From: Macrostomum hystrix
Taxonomy: Eukaryota; Animalia; Platyhelminthes
Assembly: GCA_950097015.1 (NCBI GenBank)
Contig: CATNEN010000014.1
Span: forward strand, 186,001 to 250,000
DNA length: 64,000 bases
Direction: 5' to 3'
Below, one piece after another: positions 58,266 through 64,000 of the stretch; positions within the stretch are counted from its first letter, which is position 1, and each line of letters opens with the position of its first letter. The notes beneath the pieces were generated by a model. That model ran no database searches. It was not told where the DNA came from and saw nothing but the letters and a program-made list of their open reading frames with translations. Made by a program: the position numbers and the translations under genes.

Positions 58266-60168
58266 CTGGAGAGAAATATAAACCGGAGAGCCCTGCGCAC
58301 TGGGACGCCACCGCACTCACCGCACTCAGTCTCAGTGCTGCTTGGGGGCCAGTAGACAGTCTAGGGGTTTGGGCTGTGTACATTCACGGCTTGAAATACA
58401 ATGTACAGTCTGGGGCTTCGGCGCCCGGGGAAGGGAGGGGGTGGCTGTTATAAAATTTGGCCCGCAGAGTGGCGGAGGGGAGTTGGGGTGGCTGTCCTCG
58501 GAAAACAAAAAGTGACTCACTTTGAGATGATGCAGCTTTGCTCTGGATTGAGTAGAGATGTTCAAAATTGACAGCATTGTTGGAAAACATGTAAAGTGTA
58601 AGTGGATCAAATTTGGAGAAAATCTGACAAAGTGGGGCGACGATATGTCGAATTGAGTGATTTTTTGACGATTTTTGAGCAGTTTTTTGCACTTTTGAGC
58701 AGGAAGGAAATGATTTTTCGGGAATTTGAGTAGCCTATTGCACTCAGCGTAGGTGGTTTAAGGTATGTGCAAAGTTTGGTGCGATTTGGTTCAGCGGTTT
58801 CGGCGTCTATAAAGACAAAAGGTTGCACACACACACACACACACACAGACAGACAGAGTTTTCACTTTTATATATATAGATGCCCAGCATATCACGAACA
58901 CTGTCTCAGTGTCTCAAAGATAAGTTGACAGTTAATAACAATTTTATGCAAAATTTGCACAATGCCTCACTCAAGTGTGCCATAACGATAGGGTGAAATA
59001 AATAAATACTGACTAAGTCAAGGTTGTTTCCTGGTACATAGGCAATAAATGGAATCAATTTTCAAAGTACGCTAGTATTACTTCTACGAAAATATGTTGC
59101 GAAATTTGTTTGTAACAAACGAAAGTCTACTAGGTTTGTAATTTTCAGCAACGGCACAAAAAAGTTTAAAAAAATAGAAAAAGACACTGAAGGATTTTTT
59201 GTAACAGCTGTCTTACTTTTTGTTTTATTCATAATAGTACTTTTCTTGGAAAAGTCCGTCGCGAACTACGAATAATTACTAGGTCCTAATTTAATTTAAT
59301 TATTAACCACGAACATTACAAATTACAAAATTACAATTTTAATTTGCCTTCGATGCCCCACCGCGTATGCAAGTACACGATAATTTGTACAGGTTATTAG
59401 GGGCCATAATAACGATTACTAACTCTTGTTCTTAACTTCTTTTTGTTGACTTACTATCTGTTGTTGCTTTCAGGTCTATAACTTTCAAAATAATGATTTA
59501 TATGTAAAATAGTTATAGTACAAGTTTGCTCATAGTTGATCCCCATAGTTGTTACATAAAAAGCAAAGGCATCTGTTATTCATATGGTGATCATACAAAT
59601 AGCAAAATGGTTATTCATATAGTGAATGTTCGAATAAAAAATGGTTAGTCAAAGAATGACAACAATAAGTATCAAAAAGGCAATTTTCTTGATTCCTCAT
59701 GTAATTATTATTTTCATGCATTTTTGATTCTCTAAGTAGGCTAAGTAGTAGAATACTAAGTAGGCCCTACTCGTAGTAAGATTTTAATAAAGATAATGAC
59801 TTAGTACTACTAAGTTTTATACAGTAGGCCCCTACAGTTAAATATGTTGTTGTCTTGTAAGGCCTAACTGTTGTTGTGTGAATGCATTTTATCCATAATT
59901 TGACTTCATATAGTAATTATATGATATTGTTGGTCATTGCTACCACACAACCTCCATTGCATAGAAAGCAAAACAGTTGATTTTTAAACACACATGTGAA
60001 ACATTTGATGTGGCAATGCTGAGAAGCCAGAAGCCTCTATATGAAGGTATCAGACTTTTAATTAATTCTGCCCTCAGCCACTTTGATAAATTTCAAAATG
60101 CAAATTTCAACAACAAATATGGTCACCATACAAATAACCATTCTGATATATGTATATGTGTATATGTC

Positions 60169-62239
60169 CCATAGTCCAGATCATGTAGTGCATGCCAGAA
60201 TTTTCTGGAGTGCATTTGTTTTCAGCTGGCATGTATGGCGTGCATTGGTATATATTTTAAGGGTTGGCGTACACTTTGGGGTGCAAGGTGTGCATGGCCA
60301 TGGTGTAGTGTGAAATCGTACATTGCATTTAAAAAGAGATCAAATATGTGTTTTATGCATCTGAATGTACAATTACAAATATCAACTAATTATTTAATGG
60401 ACTTAGCATGACTAAAACAAAATTGTCTGTATCTGTAAAAACATTTTTAAGTTTTGTAAATTGGACTATAAATATAGCATTTTGTGTCCGACTTAAGTTT
60501 ATGGGCATTTCACTTGATCCACAGTGGCAGAATTCCACACTCAATGGCAACTGCTTTCCCAGTCTATGGCTCAAACGGGTGGCTGGCAGGCGATTGACAT
60601 AATCTTTGGGGCATGAACTTAGTCCATTTTTGCTCTCTAGTAGACTGAAAGCTGCGCTTCGCGCTCTAGCCTAAAGAGCAAAGGCAACAGTATGAGCTCG
60701 GAAGACGAAGGCAGCAACGCTAGGTATGAAACTGCCCCTGATGAGCAGGGTGACGGCCCACAACCTTGGACGTAGTCAATGATGAGCAATGAGAAACACA
60801 GCCTTGTCATAGACGCACTGGACAGAGGTGAGCGGCCGGTCGATATCGCGCGATGGATGAAGGTTAGCATCAAGACAGTCATGTCAATTAAAAGGCAGTA
60901 CGTAGTCACTGGACATCGCAATCGTCTCCCTCATGGCAGTGGCAGAGAACCGAAGCTCGGAGCAGTCCATGTTCAGTACGTGGTGGACAGTCGAAAATCC
61001 ACTTCTGACACTGGCGGAGATGAGGAACCAGCTGCAGGATCGGTTTAATCTACAAGTAAGCGAATCCACCATCAGTAGGGCGCTGGACAAGCAGCTGATC
61101 ACGCTGAAAAGTCTGGGGCGAGAAGCCAATGTTCCAGCAGCGCGCAACTTTCCAGAGAACGTGGCTCGGAGGCAAGAATTTGCTCACTGGTTGATCGGCA
61201 TTCCTCCCGAGCAGCACTTGCTATTCGTCGACGAGACGGGTTTCAACATGTGGACACGCCGATCCCAAGGACACAGTAGACGAGGCCAGCGAGTTCGGTG
61301 CGTGGTTGTTACACAGCGCGGAGCTCAACTGAACATCGTGCAGGCCATCTCTCCAAGCCTTGGCCTCGTGCATCACAAGATGGTTTCTGAGACGATGACG
61401 GCGGCCAGGTTTCAGACATTCGTCAAGGAGCTGATGCATGCTGTCAATAATCGCGGTGATGTGGGCGACGCTGAACGGTTTTGCATTGTGATGGACGGCG
61501 CTCGATTTCACAATGGAGTCACACTGCCGGAGCAGTTTGGAGCCAACTGGAGCATTAAGGTCCTGCCGCCATATTCGCCGTTTCTGAACCCCGTCGAGGA
61601 GGCGCACTCATGCGTGAAGGCGGCAATCAAGCGCGCACTGGCGCAGCATGAGGTGCAGTGTGAGCTGGACAGCCCGCCCCCACAGACGCCGCTGTACCAG
61701 TGGCGAATTCTGGTCATGCAAAGGATTGCTGAGGAGGCGACAGTGGAGGTCACGGCTGCAAAGTGCGGCGGATGGTACCGTCACTCACTGCGCCACCTTC
61801 CAGCCTGCATTGCCGGCCAGCCTATTTTGTGACCTTCAGTCGCTGAGTTCGATGAAGTTTTCCCGCTTGTATTTAAATTTTGTTCATTATTGCCGCCTGT
61901 GTTCCCGTTGCTGAACCTTTCTTGCCTACGTTCCCGATTCTTTTCTCGTTTGCATTCATTTTTGGTAAGCCTCGTGGCATCACATCAATAAATCACTTGG
62001 TCCTTGTCGCAACGCTGCCCACTAGGGCCTGCTTAAAAGCTTTCGGTCTACTAGAGAGCAAAAATGGACTAAGTTCATGCCCCGAAGATTAAGTCAATCG
62101 CCTGCCAGCCACCCGTTTGAGCCATAGACTGGGAAAGCAGTTGCCCTTGAGTGCAATTTGAAAAACTCAGCATCCTTGGCATGCAAACAATTTTTTACAA
62201 TTTTTTTCTGGCATGCAGCCAACATGATCTGGACTATGG
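60169..62239. mobile_element. Outer MITE (about 450 bp before being interrupted) with about 31-bp TIRs
   Basis: CCATAGTCCAGATCATGTAGTGCATGCCAGAA (60169 onward) versus TTCTGGCATGCAGCCAACATGATCTGGACTATGG (ending 62239). Confidence 0.75.
60538..62153 (+). mobile_element. IS630/Tc1-superfamily transposon with 116-bp TIRs; transposase about 60779-61832, DD33E, one frameshift near 60985
   Basis: TIRs 60538-60653 and 62038-62153 (4 mismatches seen). HTH DIARWMKVSIKTV; catalytic FVDETGF, IVMDGARFH, LPPYSPFLNPVEE, with 33 residues between the second D and E by my count. CA dinucleotide on both flanks. Confidence 0.92.
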
Positions 62240-62241
62240 TA

Positions 62242-63686
62242 CACTCAGCAACATTGAAAAGTTTCCACCCTCGCGCAAGTTGTATATTTAGAGTTTCAAA
62301 ACTGGTTTTTGTCGCCAGACTTGTGCCATAGACGATTGATGATTTCGTCAACACGCACTTGGGCCATAGAATTCAAAAACTTGGGTCATAGACGCCAGAC
62401 AAGTCGAAGGAAACAGTCACATGGAGCAGACAGCAGCATCTTACAGGAGTCTAAAATCCACGTTCGCAACCGAACGCAATGGTTCGCCAAATGACCGACC
62501 TGGAACGAGCGCGCGCCATTGGCATGCTGGACGCTGGGATGTCCATCCGAGCTGTTGCTCGCCAAATTGGGCGGTCACACAGCAATCCGCAAACTGCAGA
62601 TCAAGTGCAGAGAAACGGGCAGCGTGGCGCACGCCACGCGCGGCCTGCGGCTCAATATGCGCAGTACAACTAGGAGGGCGGACCGGCGATTGCTGCGAAT
62701 GGTAAAGGGAAGCCCCACATTGCCAGCCACCCTGCTACGGCTGATGTGGGCTGAAAGAAGCAGGCGAGGGAATGTCCTGAGCGCCCAAACCATCCGACGA
62801 CGATTGCGGGAGTCGGGGCTGCGATCCCGTAAGATGCGCAAACGGTCACGCCTGACCCCAACCCATGTGGCCAGCCGGGAACAATGGGCAATGCAAAGGG
62901 TCCACTGGAGGCAGCAGCAGTGGCGGCGAGTGATTTTCACAGATGAGAGCCGCTTTCGATTGTTCCGTGCCGACGGCCGCATTCGCGTGTGGCGCCAGCC
63001 GCGCCAGGAGATGCTGCCGCAGCACGTGCAAAACTCTGAGAGCCAGTCAGCTTCTATTCACGTGTGGGCAGGCATCACAATGCACGCGAAGACGGAGCTC
63101 GTGTTCCTGGATGCGACTGTGACTGCCGAGTCGTACGCCAACCTTCTACAGACGCGCCTGCTGCCCTTCATTGATGCTTCATGTGGTGGCGTGGGGAACT
63201 GCGTCCTCCAAGACGACAACGCCCCACCGCATCGCGCAGCCGCTGTGGCGCATCTGAAGGAGCTGCTGCACCTGCGAACCTTGCGCTGGCCGTCCCGATC
63301 ACCGGACATGAATCCCATAGAGCACGTTTGGGATTACCTGAAGCGCTCGATTCGGCGCGACAATCCGCCGCAAAATGTTGCCCAACTGCGCGAATCACTG
63401 TCTACTGCATGGCAACAACTACCGCAAGATTTTCTGCGACGCCTGGTTCTGGGGATGCCCCGGAGAGTGAGCGCTCTGCTGCACTCACGTGGCTGCTATA
63501 CGCGTTACTGACCCTGTTCTGGGCGAGTTGTCACCCATGCTCGCGTACTTTGTTTCTTTGCTGTTCCTTTGCTTCGGTCGATTCCGGATTATATATTTGT
63601 CTATGGCTCAAACCACGAATATCTCCACAGACCAAAACGTTGCCCCTTCGCGCGCTAGGGTGGAAACTTTTCAATGTGGCTGAGTG
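62242..63686 (+). mobile_element. Tc1-family transposon (DD34E), 1445 bp; transposase 62479-63511 with one frameshift near 62580
   Basis: TA TSD (62240-41, 63687-88). TIR CACTCAGCMACATTGAAAAGTTTCCACCCT. MVRQMTDLERARAIGMLDAGMSIRAVARQIG; VIFTDESRF, QDDNAPPH, WPSRSPDMNPIEHVW, GCYTRY. Confidence 0.95.
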
Positions 63687-64000
63687 TATATGTTTATTGT
63701 TTCCCTATTGGAATAACTGCTCGGACAGCGGACAACCATCTGCAGCATAATGTCTTTAATTTTGTTGCTACACCATGCCACCAGAAAATTAATTATATTT
63801 AGTGTATATTTAGCAGTTTTGCTATAAACGTCTGCTGCATAACATGTAATACTCATAAACATGTGCCTCACATCCACAGGATCTGAAATTGTATTCCAAT
63901 AGGGTGTTGCTGCTGAGGGGACATTAGTTCTCTGCTGCTGAGGCAATAGAATTAGCATGTACCTTAGTACCAGTAAGCTGAGTTGTATCAAACGTAAGTT

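Larger units (their letters stand above)
56970..58880 (-). mobile_element. Non-autonomous Helitron (internal deletion derivative, 1911 bp including nested MITE)
   Basis: On the minus strand it begins A|TCTATATATATAAAAGTG followed by a (CTGT)n(GT)n microsatellite. It ends GCCCC..AACGGGC..AGCTAG|T (short hairpin plus CTAG), with insertion between A and T and no TSD. It contains a RepHel helicase C-terminus. Confidence 0.9.

Overview
Eukaryotic, intron-rich, repeat-dense genomic DNA from an invertebrate. A free-living flatworm such as Macrostomum would fit the style, but that is my inference and the sequence does not show it. I reconstructed seven host genes by hand from splice sites, reading-frame phase and recalled family motifs: (1) the 3' part of phosphatidylserine synthase PTDSS1 (+, 1-6066, with a GC-AG last intron); (2) an AFG2/SPATA5-family double-AAA ATPase with a degenerate first module (+, 11770-16208); (3) a four-exon innexin/pannexin-superfamily channel that looks more pannexin-like than innexin-like (-, 20131-22675); (4) a GABA-B-receptor-like class C GPCR (+, 24600-40463); (5) a 90-aa single-pass Cys-rich membrane protein (-, 40926-41198); (6) NKAP (-, 42112-43361, first exon unresolved); (7) a PPP1R16A/B-like ankyrin PP1 regulator ending in a CaaX box (-, 44732-54060). 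Mobile DNA comprises an intact Ty3/Gypsy LTR element with apparently identical LTRs inserted in an intronic 87-bp satellite, two tRNA-derived SINEs with TSDs, an RT-less internally deleted RTE-like LINE with an intact TSD, a non-autonomous Helitron carrying a nested hAT-like MITE, and a nested MITE/IS630-like/Tc1 cluster. About a dozen unrelated minisatellite families (units 20-87 bp, roughly 10 kb in total) lie mostly in introns. Two of them multiply splice signals: six donors in the GPCR gene and about 96 acceptor-like units in the PPP1R16 gene. Most long ORFs in the supplied track that lie over arrays are repeat artefacts. No rRNA, genuine tRNA or CRISPR array was found. No searches or alignments were run; family calls rest on recalled motifs.
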